From a virus (taxonomy: Duplodnaviria > Caudoviricetes), in the IMG/VR virus record IMGVR_UViG_3300013426_000018, positions 32,001 through 96,000 of that record: a DNA stretch of 64,000 nucleotides; one strand, given 5' to 3'. The notes under the pieces are model-generated. The model was not told the origin of the DNA and did not search any database. It saw nothing but the letters and a program-made list of their open reading frames with translations. This document shows positions 1 through 11,462 of the stretch, piece after piece (the stretch's first letter is position 1; the number at the start of each line of letters is the position of its first letter). The position numbers were made by a program, and so were the translations under genes.

Positions 1-937
1 GTCAATTAAATCTTTATAACTTTTTCTATGAATAACAGCGTTCACTCTATCTTTAGAAATTCCTAATTCTTTAGCAATTTCTATCTATTTTTTATTTTTT
101 TGATTTTCTAAAATATAATTAATCTATTCTTGTGTCAAAGGATTTTTTACATTTCCTCTTTTTCTATCTAAGCGCAGATGATTTAGATCATATTTCTTTT
201 TTACTTTTTCTCTTATATCTTTTTTATTTTCGCTTGCTAACGAATTAAATTCTTTTAGATAATCCTAATAAGTTAATCCTTTTTTTAAACGCCAAAGAGC
301 CTTTGAACTTATTTTGAAAATATCTGATAACAATCTATCATATCCGTCCTCTTCTAAGATAATAGACAAAATTTCAAAACAATTCTATTTAGATAATTTT
401 TTTTTCATTATGAGGAACATAATTTTCTTTTAAATTCTCTTCTTTTAAATTAAGTTTTTTAGTATATTCTTGTATTTCATCTTCATTAATTAACTCTAAT
501 CCATAAAGAGTATTTTTGCTTAAATTATCAATAACAGTATGGTCACAATTAAAATATCTTGATAAATATCTATTAATTCCAGAATATCTCTATAAAATAT
601 GATAAAGTATACAAGCCTGATGATAACTAAAAATAGTTTTAGTTCCTTCTCCTCCCCAAGTTTCATTATATCCATTTAAATAACTATTATATTTCTCGAT
701 CATTTTCTATTCTAAAATTAATAATTCCTATTCATTTTTTACTTCATAAGTATCCCAAATAAAATTAAAATTATCTTCTCCATATTTATTATAAGCTCTT
801 TGCAATTTTATCGAATGATGCTACCCATTTTTTAAATCATTAAAATGGTGATATTTTCTGGCGTCTATGTCAATAGTCTACCCAATATACCTTTTTTGAT
901 TTATTTTATTAATTATCTAATATATATAACCTCGCAT
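1..937 (-). CDS. GIY-YIG homing endonuclease, probably intron-encoded (TAG=Gln; runs off the window edge)
   Basis: ATG at 937 gives MRGYIY(Q)IINKINQKRYIG(Q)TID...LQRAYNKYG...LE(Q)KMIEKYNSYLNGYNETWGG, a GIY-YIG signature, with a C-terminal HTH (EIAKELGIS). The frame is open only if TAG is sense. Confidence 0.9.
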
Positions 938-1035
938 ATATTCACGTCCTTGTCTAATTTATTCTAATAGATATAAAATTTAGCAAAAACGTTTCTCTAA
1001 AAATCGACCAGAATAGCGTCATAAATTTTAATTCT
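1..1035 (-). mobile_element. Probable group I intron 3 of terL (5' part only)
   Basis: TerL similarity stops after ...RG(Q)RRHG (codon GGU ending at 1036), just before the expected Walker B, and is followed by a GIY-YIG ORF. The catalytic core is not visible in the window. Confidence 0.65.
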
Positions 1036-3045
1036 ACCGTGTCGACGCTAACCTCTAGAAGATTCTTTGGCCGCAAGATTATCAAGAACAGAATCATTCT
1101 TAAAGATATATTTTACATAGTCTTTACCTTCCTATGTCTTACCTCTTGACCAATTTATTTCTCTCTCTAATGGAGGTATTAGCCTACAAAGTTCCTATAC
1201 CTTTTGAGAAAGGATTTCCGCACTCTATTGTTTACCACCCGATGTCACAAAGAGATGAGCTCCTGGGTATAAGATACATTTTAATATTAAACCTAAAACT
1301 GTTAGAAATGATTTTGAATATGCCAAAATTTTCTATATATTACTATATAGCTTAGACTATATCATCAATGTTTATTTTTTCAAATCTTTTAAATCTTACT
1401 CCATAAAGGATAGTCGTTGAGCCCAATAGATAAGTAATCTATTTTGGTTGCTGATTGTCCCATCGGGAGTTCCCAGCATTTTAATAAATTTTTTCCATTT
1501 ACATGGCCCGCACATAATCTACGGGGAAAAGTTGCATACACGTATTGATAACGCATTACCGCACGCAAAAAACTTAAATCTTTACATTACTGTCTAAATA
1601 ATGCCAATATTAATTGCTCTATCTTTCAATAGAGAAGAGACTATATCTTTATCTTATGAATAAGATAAAATGCTTTTCAAAACTTCTTACTCCTTTACAG
1701 GATAGTCGTTGAACTTATGAATAATTTCTTTAATTTTTAATTCAATTTCTTCTTTAGACCAGGTGTATGGAATTATATATAACTCTATTCCATTATCAAT
1801 ACAATACTACTATTTAATCTTATCTCTTTTCTAAAAAGTTTCTAAACTCCCTTTAAAAAAGTTAGTTTCTTTATAATGCTATGCTCCATTAAATTCAATA
1901 GCTATTTTATAAATATTATTTTCTAAATAAAAATCAAATCTTTGTTTACTATTATTTAATCTTTTCTCTTGCTAAAAAGGAATACTATATTTTTGTAGAA
2001 TTGTTTTAATAAAAAATTCTCCATTACTTTCTTTTCGAGCACACTTTGGACAACTACTACGGCCATGAATAATATCTCCCGGGCAGACTTCCCAGATAAA
2101 ACCGCAATCATGTTTTAAAAGAACTTTAGTTGTTTGATTTACATAAGGACTTATTAATGTGTAAGTCCCCCTCTAACTATACTGATTCACTTCATCTATA
2201 AATTCTTTTGCTGTACGATTTCTTTTTACAGAAGTCTAACATCCACATCTCAAATGCCTCTTAAAATCTCTTAAAGTAGTGCATCTTACATGACCGCATT
2301 TTTTACATTTAACAGTATAATAAGTATGAGTACCTTTTACCTCAGTGAACAGAATAATATATTCGTTATTTAATTCTTCTAAGATTTTTTGTCTCTATAT
2401 AAGATTATGACTCTAACAATTACTACATCCATATTTTTTAGATTTTACAAAAAAATTTGAAAATTTATTTATTATAATAATTCTCTAACAGTTATTGCAT
2501 TTAACTTTTCCAGGTTTACCTAATCCGTTATATTCTAAAATATCAAAGTCTTCTAAAGGGAATCTCTACTTTATTCGATCTTGAATCTCTATTAAAGTTA
2601 ATTTTTTCATTATTCTCTCCTTCATAAGTGCTGATTATCTATTATTAGAACTTAGGCTTACACCTTATTCCATCCAAAAACTTTTTTCTACTTTCGTTCT
2701 TAATTAATTTCGAGAATTAAAAATTAATTAAGCATTTTGGCTTTAAGACTTCCCAGCGTTTAACATTTTTTTCTTTAACCCTTTTAGGCTAAAGGAGCTA
2801 TTTTTAACCCGCTAATAATAGAAAAACTTAAACTTGCCTTCGTTTTCCTTTTTTTCTTCTGGAGTAAATTCTTCCCCAGTAATGACTTTTGGCCCATAAA
2901 CCAAAAAATCAATAAATAAATCTGGGTATTCACGCCAGAAGGCAATATACTTGCGCAAAATGGGCTTTACTGCTTCAATACGTTCTTCTGATATGCCAAT
3001 TTTTTTCTTTGTATTAGATAACTCAAGCAAATCTTGGAGAGCCAT
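1036..3045 (-). CDS. terL: Terminase large subunit, N-terminal ATPase part, spliced (exons 3045-2807, 1572-1521, 1323-1036; continues beyond the window)
   Basis: Joined exons read in frame: ...KFFYY(Q)RV|FLRAVMRYQYVYATFPR|AYSKSFLTVLGLILKCILYPGAHLFVTSGGKQ(Q)SAEIL...SSRG(Q)RRHG. This contains an adenine-binding YQ motif and a Walker A-like PRAYSKS. Confidence 0.9.
1324..1520 (-). mobile_element. Group I intron 2 of terL, ORF-less, 197 nt
   Basis: P1 CCCGU/GCGGG with a U.G splice pair; P UGCUGGGAAC, Q AAUCAGCA, R CUCAACGACUA, S GAUAUAGUCU; terminal G at 1324. Removal restores FPR|AYSKS. Confidence 0.92.
1573..2806 (-). mobile_element. Group I intron 1 of terL, 1234 nt, carrying an endonuclease ORF
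   Basis: P1 GGGU|UA..UA GCUC; P CGCUGGGAAG, Q AAUCAGCAC, R GUUCAACGACUA, S AAGAUAUAGUCU; terminal G at 1573. Removal restores GU|U (Val)-FLR. Confidence 0.92.
1687..2610 (-). CDS. Intron-encoded endonuclease: Zn-ribbon repeats plus Vsr-like/DUF559-type PD-(D/E)XK domain (TAG=Gln)
   Basis: MKKLTLIEIQDRIK... with several CxxC motifs and C-terminal ESNGEFFI..RFDFYL..IAIEFNGA(Q)HY..RDKIK..YC..NGIEL..IPYT. The 3' end overlaps the intron R element. Confidence 0.85.
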
Positions 3046-4685
3046 TAATCGGGATTCTCCTTAACAAATTGTCGCAATTCATCTTCATCCATTTCTTGAG
3101 ATTGGAATTCCGCAAAATCTTCAAAATCTTTATCAGTAGTTATCTAACTTTCGATATCTTCCATTGCCATATCATCAAAATCAACAATATCATTTTCATT
3201 TTTAGCTTCAGCGTCTTCTTTTGCATTACGCTCAATAGCAGCTTGAAGTAATTCATTTAAATTAGTTTCTTCTTCAACCAACCTACGAGTATAACGTTGC
3301 ATATCTTGAAGAGTTATATCAACTCTATCATTTGGCTTATCTGAGTAAAATCTTTCAATATAACCATCTTTTTCACAAAGAGCAATTAGCTCTCCAACAG
3401 AATCAACACATTCACCATTTTCTGCTTTATTCTGAGCGGCTGTACATAATTATTAAATTACTGACTATTTTTTACTTATAATTAAATATAAGGAAATCAT
3501 TTCAAATTGCGTATCAATAGCAATCTTACTTTCCCGCCCAAAAGGCAAAGGAAATAGTCGATACAGGTTTATGCGCTAAGGCACATATTTCCCACGAGAT
3601 TACTTTATAGTTCCCTCGTTAGCTTAATTAAATATTAAACCCCAGTGATAAACTGGAAAAATTTTTCATAGTCCACAATTTGAACTTACCACTTTTCATA
3701 AGAGCATCATAAACTTTGCTCATCTTCTAAAAGCCATCTACCATAATTTTCTTTTGTTTCCAAAAGGATCAGACTATATCATCTACAAAAGTAGTTCTTC
3801 ACTTCCAAATAATTGTACTTCCTTGCGGAATAGTCGTTGAACTTTTTTGCCCATGGCAATTTTAGTTGCTGATTACCTATACGGCTTCCAGCAGTTCAAA
3901 GAATTTAATGGGGACGTAGTCCCATCCCCAATATCAATAAGCTAATTCATTTTTAGAGATGTCTTACAAATAAATTTTAATGTATCAACATGCCCAGCAG
4001 TCTAAATATCATAGGACTCCATCATATCATTATATAACTATTCAAGCTAAACCCATTCGGCTGGTTTATAGCCTTTGCCCCATTTAAGACGCAATTGGAG
4101 CTTTTCTTCATCAGTTAAATCAATATCTATGTCTGGAGTATCATCAACTTCTGTAAAATAGTCGTCCTAAGGCTGGCTAGAAAATTTATTAGCTTCCACT
4201 GGCTCAGGTTCATTAACATAAGCCGGAATTGCGATTTCTTCATCCATATTAGGAATAAGGAATTTGGGGTCATCAAGAGCTTTGGTAATTTCCTATTGGT
4301 CATAACCTCGGTCTTTCATAGCCTATTTTAATTCATTTTGTTCTTTTTCTTTTAAAAATTCAGTGTCTTTCCAACGATAATCTTTATACTAGATCATTCG
4401 CATTTTGCCAAGATACCTACCTATAATAGTTGCTCCGGTCAATTTTGTTTTATCCCGACCGTATTTCTCCATTAGGCTATACCATTGACTAGGTATATAA
4501 GGAACATCGGCTTCTTGCAGAATCCACATATAAGTATCTGGGTCCCAATTGTTGACGTGCATTGTTAAACATTTTTTACATTGATGGAATTTCCCATCGG
4601 GATATTTTTCTAAGTTATTAGATGAATAGAAATTTTTTTCATCCATTGTTTTGTGGCATTTTTCACAATATAAAGTCATTGCCAT
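3045..4685 (-). CDS. Zn-finger protein directly upstream of terL (candidate terminase small subunit), spliced (exons 4685-3924, 3741-3683, 3444-3045), TAG=Gln
   Basis: Joined frame ...KTSLKMN(Q)LIDIGD|VDGF(Q)KMSKVYDALMKSGKF|TAAQNKAE...KENPD*. The stop overlaps the terL ATG (TAATG). The TerS function is inferred from position only. Confidence 0.8.
3445..3682 (-). mobile_element. Group I intron, ORF-less, 238 nt (core differs from the other introns)
   Basis: P1 AGUU/GACU; GCUAACGAGGGAAC..CUCGUGGGAA; R CUGUAUCGACUA; S AAAAUAGUCAG; terminal G at 3445. Removal restores UU|U (Phe). Confidence 0.85.
3742..3923 (-). mobile_element. Group I intron, ORF-less, 182 nt
   Basis: P1 GGGGAU/GUCCCC; P UGCUGGAAG, Q AAUCAGCAAC, R GUUCAACGACUA, S GAUAUAGUCUGA; terminal G at 3742. 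Removal restores GD|VDGF. Confidence 0.9.
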
Positions 4686-4689
4686 AACA

Positions 4690-5787
4690 TTATTCCTCCT
4701 TTACTGGGAAAGAATCTGTGCTGGATTGCTTTAACCTATTTTGCCCTAACCGCGAATTACGGCAGCATTTACATATACTATAAAAGCCATCAGGAGCTCC
4801 TGGATTTTTACTAAAGTATTTGCCATGAGCTAACTTAACTTGCCCACATCGTCCGCACTTCTTATATCTACCTTTTTCTTCATTAAGATAGTAATAATTG
4901 AGAAACTCATCTTCGGCACAAGAAGCAATTATTTTAGGAATTTTATTACGCCACAAATTAGAAATATACTCAATACTATGCTTTATGCCAAATTCTTTTT
5001 GTATTTTTTCTTGAATTTGAATATTGCGTAACCCATCTACTTTATACTCACAAATGCGGTCATAGAGAGGGTAATTTTTTAAAGCCTTGTCAGCAAGTTT
5101 ATCAAAATCATACATTAAATACCATACATCTTTTTCAAACTCACCCCAGGCAGCTTCTTTAAGCCCACTATAATTGCAGAGAATTGTCGAAACAATTTTA
5201 GGATTCATAAGTGAAATTCCAGAAGGAATAACATAACCATCTTCATCAAAGGTAAAAGCGTCATCCATTTTTAAAAGATAGCGTGAACGAGTTAATTTTG
5301 TTGCGGTGATGGGCTTGCGGTATGCACTTTTTATGACATACTAGTCTTTTCGCAAATCAATAATGGTTTTTTTAATAATATATTTATCTCGACCTTGGGC
5401 TTTTTGTAATCTTTTTTCCCAATCACTAATAGCTTCCCGCACCTAAATTAATTCAGGGATTTCAATTAAATCTTTTTTAGTTATTGATATCTTTGGCTAA
5501 AAAATAGAATTTTTGTTGTCATTTATTAAATTATAAATACCATCTTCGCCATTTTCTAGCTAAGAAACAAGACCTTCATAAGAAGTTTCTCTTTTCCCGA
5601 TTGTAGCCATGCGATTATCAGTAATTAATTTTCGCTATTTTCGTTCTTGTTTCTCCATACAGAGGCATAAGTAATCAGCTAAAACCTCAAGATAAGCCGC
5701 AGGAGGATTTGGATTATCTTCGAGAATTTGTTTAACTAATTCATTACGTTCTTCTGGAGTCTACAATGTATAATCTAATTTTAACAT
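4690..5787 (-). CDS. Phage protein with HTH-like region and C-terminal Zn ribbon, 365 aa with TAG=Gln; first gene of the packaging operon
   Basis: GGAGG RBS plus ATG at 5787 (MLKLDYTL(Q)TPEERNELVK...) is in frame with track ORF 4690..5268. C-terminal CGRC..CKCC. Confidence 0.8.
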
Positions 5788-5811
5788 TTTTGACCTCCAT
5801 TCTACAATTAT

Positions 5812-5902
5812 ATTATACCAAAAATTTTTTTGGCATTCCAGAAAAAATAAGTAAAGTATTAAAAAAATTTTATTTGATATTGAAAAAAATTTTTGGTATA
5901 AT
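5812..5902. promoter_or_regulatory. Divergent sigma-A-type promoters (leftward packaging operon, rightward small genes)
   Basis: Minus strand TGGAAT-N17-TATAAT with TG extension at 5840-5812; plus strand TGGTATAAT at about 5894-5902. Confidence 0.7.
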
Positions 5903-5908
5903 AATTAT

Positions 5909-6163
5909 ATGAAAGATAGGAACTGGATAGCATACATAGAAATAGGTAACTTTCCTGCGGAAAGTTACCTAGTCCTTAAAGGAAAGTTACCAATAGAGAA
6001 AGAAAAAATTGACATTTATTGGTATGAAGAAGATATCACCCCTAAAGAATTTGCGGGTGAAGTAAATGATTTATTAGAATTTTATGATACCGTGGTAATG
6101 GCTACACCATTACCCAATAATTTAAGAAAGGAAGTAGAGAAATATGGAAATGAAGCTGAATGA
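5909..6163 (+). CDS. Hypothetical protein
   Basis: ORF immediately after a promoter, overlapping the next gene. Confidence 0.6.
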   Translation: MKDRNWIAYIEIGNFPAESYLVLKGKLPIEKEKIDIYWYEEDITPKEFAGEVNDLLEFYDTVVMATPLPNNLRKEVEKYGNEAE

Positions 6164-6335
6164 TGTGGCGGTTATGCCCGAAGGGGTTGCCTATAAGGTA
6201 GACGCAGCAGGACGAGCTATTATTCCTTCGCACTTACGCAAGAAGTTTGATATTGTTCCTGGGGATTTCTTGGAATATTATACGGCGTATGTGGACAATG
6301 AATGGGTATTAATCCTTCGCAAAGCTCAGGATTAA
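6144..6335 (+). CDS. AbrB/MraZ-family swapped-hairpin DNA-binding regulator
   Basis: YKVDAAGRAIIPSHLRKKFDIVPGDFLE matches the AbrB signature. Confidence 0.85.
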   Translation: MEMKLNDVAVMPEGVAYKVDAAGRAIIPSHLRKKFDIVPGDFLEYYTAYVDNEWVLILRKAQD

Positions 6336-6516
6336 TCATTCATTGTCTCAAAAATAGAGGAGGTTTTCGTCATGCGAAAGAAAAGTGTGCCTAAGAATAT
6401 TATTAATGCTATTGTAAAGACCCAGACCAGGAAGAATACTATAGCTGCTAACGTAGCTATGTATGAATTCCTTTGGGGCAAGAAGCCTCCTAGAGGGGGA
6501 AAAAAGAAAGATTAAA

Positions 6517-6548
6517 AGGGGAAGTCTTAAATGACTTCCTTTTTTTTT
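6517..6548 (+). terminator. Rho-independent terminator
   Basis: GGGGAAGTC-ttaaat-GACTTCCT followed by a T run. Confidence 0.8.
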
Positions 6549-7281
6549 AGCTTAGGATTTAAAGATTGAAATAATTCGTGATTCAGGATTAAAAGAAGAT
6601 TTGGTGATTTTTTAGGTCAGAGCAAACCATTTTAACAAAAAATCAAATTTTTTTCATGAAATATACCCCCCACCTAGACCAGAAAAAAATAGACACCTAT
6701 TGTCGTGATTTTCAAGCACCCCCTTACAGATGGTCTATTTCACCCCCTATATTTGCTCGGCTCAATGGCGACCGCATTGAGCCGAATTTTTGTTACATTT
6801 TGTAACCAGACAATTTTCCATCTATCATATGTCATGCTTCAACCTCTTGAAACTTCCCAAAACTCTTTGAGACATGTTAAATCTCTTCTTGTCTGATGAG
6901 TTAGTATAGACTAACTCCTACTTTCTCAGTAGGTTTATTCCTCTGTCTCATCGAGCATGTCCCTAATTCTTCAATATCCTTAGTTCACTAACTAACCAAT
7001 GGTTGCTTCGCAGGGATGCCAATCGATACTTTTTTATCGATATAAAACCTTATCGATATAATAATATCTAAAAAAATTTTTAATAAATTATCTATTGACA
7101 AATGGTTCATTGTATGATATAATAGTCTTGATACTCTTCTCTTACCTCTCTAGGCAAGACTCACGCAACACGCCGCACCCAATAGACAAAAAGATAAAAA
7201 ATATTTTCAGCAAAACACTTGACAAAGAACGTTTTATGTGTTATACTATAGTCACAAGATAAGTAAAGGAGATAACAACAT

Positions 7282-7641
7282 ATGAAATACACTACTAATC
7301 GTATTATGAACGTTCGCACCCTGAGAAAGCTTGCCAATAATGAAGGCGTGACCCTTCGGAACGGAAAAATCGTCACTTACAAAAGCGGTTGGCAGGTGGC
7401 CATTGCCGGCGTAAAATGTATGAGTGCAGAAGAAGCAATGCTCTTTGTGCGGAAGCTCAATAAAATTGCTCAGTCTCACGGCATTAAAAACGTTGGCATT
7501 TGGGTTGATAATGGTAACTATTATGTTGATATCTGCCGGAGAATCCCCACGAAAAAAGAAGCCGTAAAGATAGGCAAAGATAATGCACAGCTGTCTATTT
7601 ACTATTGGGGCAAACGTAAAGAGTCCCTTGAATGGTTGTAA
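7282..7641 (+). CDS. Early hypothetical protein
   Basis: Consensus promoter, AAGGAG RBS and downstream terminator. Confidence 0.8.
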   Translation: MKYTTNRIMNVRTLRKLANNEGVTLRNGKIVTYKSGWQVAIAGVKCMSAEEAMLFVRKLNKIAQSHGIKNVGIWVDNGNYYVDICRRIPTKKEAVKIGKDNAQLSIYYWGKRKESLEWL

Positions 7642-7855
7642 GGGAAGGCAAAAGCCTTCCCTTTATTCGTTAAACTACGAAACTTCCCGAAATTGCATAA
7701 ACCAAGGCCTTCCCATATAATTATAACACATAGAAAGCGATTTGTCAAGTATAAAATATCCCAAAAATAAATATTTTTTTTGTATAAAATACTCTTGACA
7801 GAAGCATCTAAATATGCTATAATTAAGGTACAAAAAAGGAAAGGAAATAAAAAAT

Positions 7856-8062
7856 ATGTATTACAACGTTATCGCTACTTACAACATCAATGGAAAGCCT
7901 AGTGAATGCTTGGCAATGCACGACAATAAACAGGCGGTTTTCTTCACTAGAGAAGAAGCTGAAAAGAGATTAGCAGAGGTTAAAGCTCAAGGGTATGAAG
8001 CCCACATTGAAGAACAGAAAAAAGGTTCTGCTTGGTGGGATGATGACAACTGGATTGACTGA
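7856..8062 (+). CDS. Early hypothetical protein
   Basis: Promoter at 7795 and AAGGA RBS. Confidence 0.75.
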   Translation: MYYNVIATYNINGKPSECLAMHDNKQAVFFTREEAEKRLAEVKAQGYEAHIEEQKKGSAWWDDDNWID

Positions 8063-8101
8063 GATATTGAATCTCAGCCCAAAAGAAAAGAAGTAAAAAA
8101 T

Positions 8102-8365
8102 ATGAAAAACTTTGTTAAAATTATTATCATCATTGCGGAAAAAGTTCTAACTGGACACGAAAAGGATGAAAGAACTGCAGTCACTCGTGTCGTAGACCTG
8201 CAAAATGGTGTGGCTACGTTCAAGACTTCCGATGAAAATTTATGGGAGTGGGACATTGAGCCGGGAGAAACTTTTGAAATGCGTTCTTGCTATCGAGTAA
8301 CTTTTGATACTTTGGGAACATCTTTTCTCCTGGATAATGCCATTATCAATATTGAAAGAGATTGA
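8102..8365 (+). CDS. Early hypothetical protein
   Basis: ORF co-oriented in the same unit. Confidence 0.65.
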   Translation: MKNFVKIIIIIAEKVLTGHEKDERTAVTRVVDLQNGVATFKTSDENLWEWDIEPGETFEMRSCYRVTFDTLGTSFLLDNAIINIERD

Positions 8366-10131
8366 AAAATCTCTTTCTTTTTTTTATCTTTTTTCGAAAA
8401 AAGGTCTTGACAAATGGCCAAAAGTGTGATAATATATAGTCACAAAGGGAAAGGAAAATCCCAAACACCAGAAAGGAAAAACTTATGTTTGACAATTCTT
8501 TCATCATCCCCGGCACTATGGACATTGATTTCTTCGTGGTTACTCCTGATGAACAGTTGGTAAAATGGGACATTTGAGGAAGCTTAAACTTCCTCAACAT
8601 GCCAAAAGAAGCAAATAAAGGAGAATAAAATATGCTGTACTATCATAATGAAATTACTGGAAGCTGGACTACTAACCATAAAGAGGCAGTTAGCTGGTAT
8701 AATAATGGCTATGCCGTAGAATTGAATAAGATTGACCCCGAAACAGGGGCACTTGAAAAATGCGCCGAATGGGTATGGTAGGGCACAAACCCTACCCCCA
8801 TTTATATTTTTTCGTCATTTTGCACAATACCTCTGCGGCGGACACTGTATGTCACACATGGGCATCCTTCTACTGCGTACAAATGTTCAATTCGGAACAT
8901 ATTATCTCAATTCCCGAAACCTAGCTGTATTTCTCACACAGACATCTGTTCTCCCCCTATAGATACCATTGCCGCATTTTTTTTTGTGCAAAATGACGAA
9001 TGATATTGTAAAAATTTTTCTTGACTTTTTGAAAAATATTTGCTATAATGAAGATACAAGAAATGAGAAAGGAATTGATAATTATGACAATGTATGAAAT
9101 CACTTACCGCTATATGGAAGATGGTTCCAGAGATAAGGGTATCTTCTTTGAAGAGGAATGGGATGCTTTTCAAGAGGACAGCGCAGAGGCTGAATGCCCT
9201 GTCCAAGAAGTTTTCTGCAAGACCCTTACTCCCGAAGAATTTTGAAAACACGCTCAGGAAGTTGGCTATGAAGAATCCTATGCCATTGAAATTATGGCAA
9301 TCGCCACTTTAGGCTATGAAGAATGCTCCAAGTATGACAAAGTCAAAGACCTGTCAAGGCTTTTAAAAGAAAAAGGTATCATTTAACAAAAGGGGCTAAC
9401 AAGCCCCTTTTATCCAGAAGAGAGGATAAGATAATATGACAGATAGGGAACTTTTGGACATTCTTTTGTCCCACTTAGATTTTCAAAAAGTTATGGTCGA
9501 TCAAAAAAATTATGTTGAAATTCAAAACGGAACTTTTAATGACAATATTGAATTTGAATTTGACGAAGAAGGAAAAATAACTGGAATCTATTGCTAATAG
9601 GAGGTATGACCAAATGGAAACAGAACCCAATGGGCTTTCAATTTATAAATACAAGGAAGCCATGAAAAAAAACTTATGAAATTATCCGAAATGAAGTAAT
9701 GAAACATCCTTTTTCAATTGGGAGTTATCCAAAAGATAAAGAAGAGTATTTTTGGTATAATGTGAATGCCGCACATTTTAACTTTTATGATTCTTGCGGG
9801 ACTCGATAATGGGCTTCATTATTACTCCTAGATGGCAAACCTCAAAAAATTAAAAGATTATTGGGATATTCTTCTAATGGAAGGCCTTAAAATGATAAAA
9901 GATACTTAGGGCGAAAAATTTCGCCCTAATAATTTTTCGTTCCATTTTTCATTTCGGTTTACTTCTGGTTGCTTACCCTTTCATCCTCCCGCTGCGCCCC
10001 ACAGCGGGAGGATTTTCATTTTTATACAAGACTCACAAATTTTTAGATCGATTTTTGTGTATTCTACCAGTTGACTTCTTTCCTGAAATCGTATATAATG
10101 TTGGTACAACAAATGAAGGGAGCAAACAAAA

Positions 10132-10287
10132 ATGACAATGGAAGAATTAGCAATCGCATGGGCAGCATGGTTCGATATGTACGGAGCAACAGAAGAAAGC
10201 ATTAACAACTTCTGTAATATCTACGCAACAAGCTACGAAGAATATATGGCCATCTATGAGCTGTTGGCTGATGAGCTGGAAACCTAA
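10132..10287 (+). CDS. Small acidic early protein (below the ORF-track cutoff)
   Basis: Promoter TTGACT-N17-TATAAT, GGGAG RBS, MTMEELAIAWAAWFDMYG...ELET*. Confidence 0.7.
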   Translation: MTMEELAIAWAAWFDMYGATEESINNFCNIYATSYEEYMAIYELLADELET

Positions 10288-10577
10288 AAGGAGGACTAAA
10301 AAATGAAATCTTTCACTGATTGGTATAAAGATGTGAGCGGGGGACATGAACCCCCGCATGGGAATCGAGGACTAAGTTGCCCCATTGGGGCAACTTTTCT
10401 TTTCAGCTGCCCAAAATCGCACGCTTTTGGGCAGAATTTTAATTTATAGGCAGTTTCAACAATTTTCCCGGTCAAATTTGTATATTTTGCCAGTTGACAA
10501 ATCTCCCGAAACGCTGTATAATATGTTTACAAGGTAAGGGAAAAGCCCCTACCCCAATAGTAAAAGGAGAATGACTT

Positions 10578-10853
10578 ATGAAAACCATCAAGGAAATCAC
10601 CATCGAACAGATTGACTATGCCTACGAAACGCTTGAAAGAATCTCTCATATGGATAATATGGAATCAATCCATGACACCTTATGGCAAAATTTTAGTGGG
10701 CAAGCTGCTGGTGCGGCGATCACTGGGGCATCTATTCTGCGGGAAATGGACGATAATGCTTCCGCAAATGACGTGCTTGACCACTATAATCATGTGGTTG
10801 CCCCCAAATTTGAAAAGCTGTATAAAAAACTAGTAGGACTAGAGGAAGCCTAA
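10578..10853 (+). CDS. Early hypothetical protein
   Basis: Promoter at 10494, 5' hairpin and AAGGAG RBS. Confidence 0.8.
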   Translation: MKTIKEITIEQIDYAYETLERISHMDNMESIHDTLWQNFSGQAAGAAITGASILREMDDNASANDVLDHYNHVVAPKFEKLYKKLVGLEEA

Positions 10854-11055
10854 CGGCTTCCTCACCAGAAGGAGAAAATAAAAAATGAGATTCTATTTCA
10901 ATGAGGATGAAAGCACCTGCAGAGAATATTTCGGTTGGTATGAGTGCGAAGTATCTGACGCAATAAAAGAAAAATTTAATGCTTGACAAAATTCCAAAAG
11001 TGTGATATACTAAAAACAGTTAAGGGGGGTAATCCTCCCCTAATAAAGAAAGGGC

Positions 11056-11400
11056 TTGATTAAAATGACTGTTGAAAAAACCCCCATCTCCTATCATGCA
11101 AGCACAGAACGCATTGAACGTTTAACTGCTTGTTTAACTACTCTTGGCTATAATAATTTTGTTCTCCAAGTGGAAGATAAGAAAAGAGGGAATGGAACTA
11201 CTCAATTTCTCACTGATACTGGAATCATTATTGTGCGGAATAGCAATAATGGAAATCTTGTTACTGGATATATGGCCACAATTGCCCAGGCTATTAAAAT
11301 GTATCGTGTGGCAGGATATCAGAAAATGCCTGATGGCATGTATCGGAAAGTCGTGCGGAACAACGAAAAGCATAAAGAATTATTAGATATTCAAAAATAG
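11056..11400 (+). CDS. Early hypothetical protein, apparently ending at TAG
   Basis: Promoter at 10983; TAG at 11398-11400 is followed directly by the next promoter. Confidence 0.75.
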   Translation: MIKMTVEKTPISYHASTERIERLTACLTTLGYNNFVLQVEDKKRGNGTTQFLTDTGIIIVRNSNNGNLVTGYMATIAQAIKMYRVAGYQKMPDGMYRKVVRNNEKHKELLDIQK

Positions 11401-11462
11401 TTCTTGACTTTTCAAAAATTTTGTGCTATAATAATCATACAAAAGTTAAGGAGTTGTTAGCT

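Noticed and set aside
1036-3045. Inteins in terL
   Set aside because: The insertions contain TAA stops and group I RNA core elements; no Cys/His-Asn intein termini.
1-5787. Massive pseudogenisation or sequencing errors explaining the stops
   Set aside because: In-frame interruptions are almost all TAG and fall at Gln positions; the remaining breaks are explained exactly by introns.
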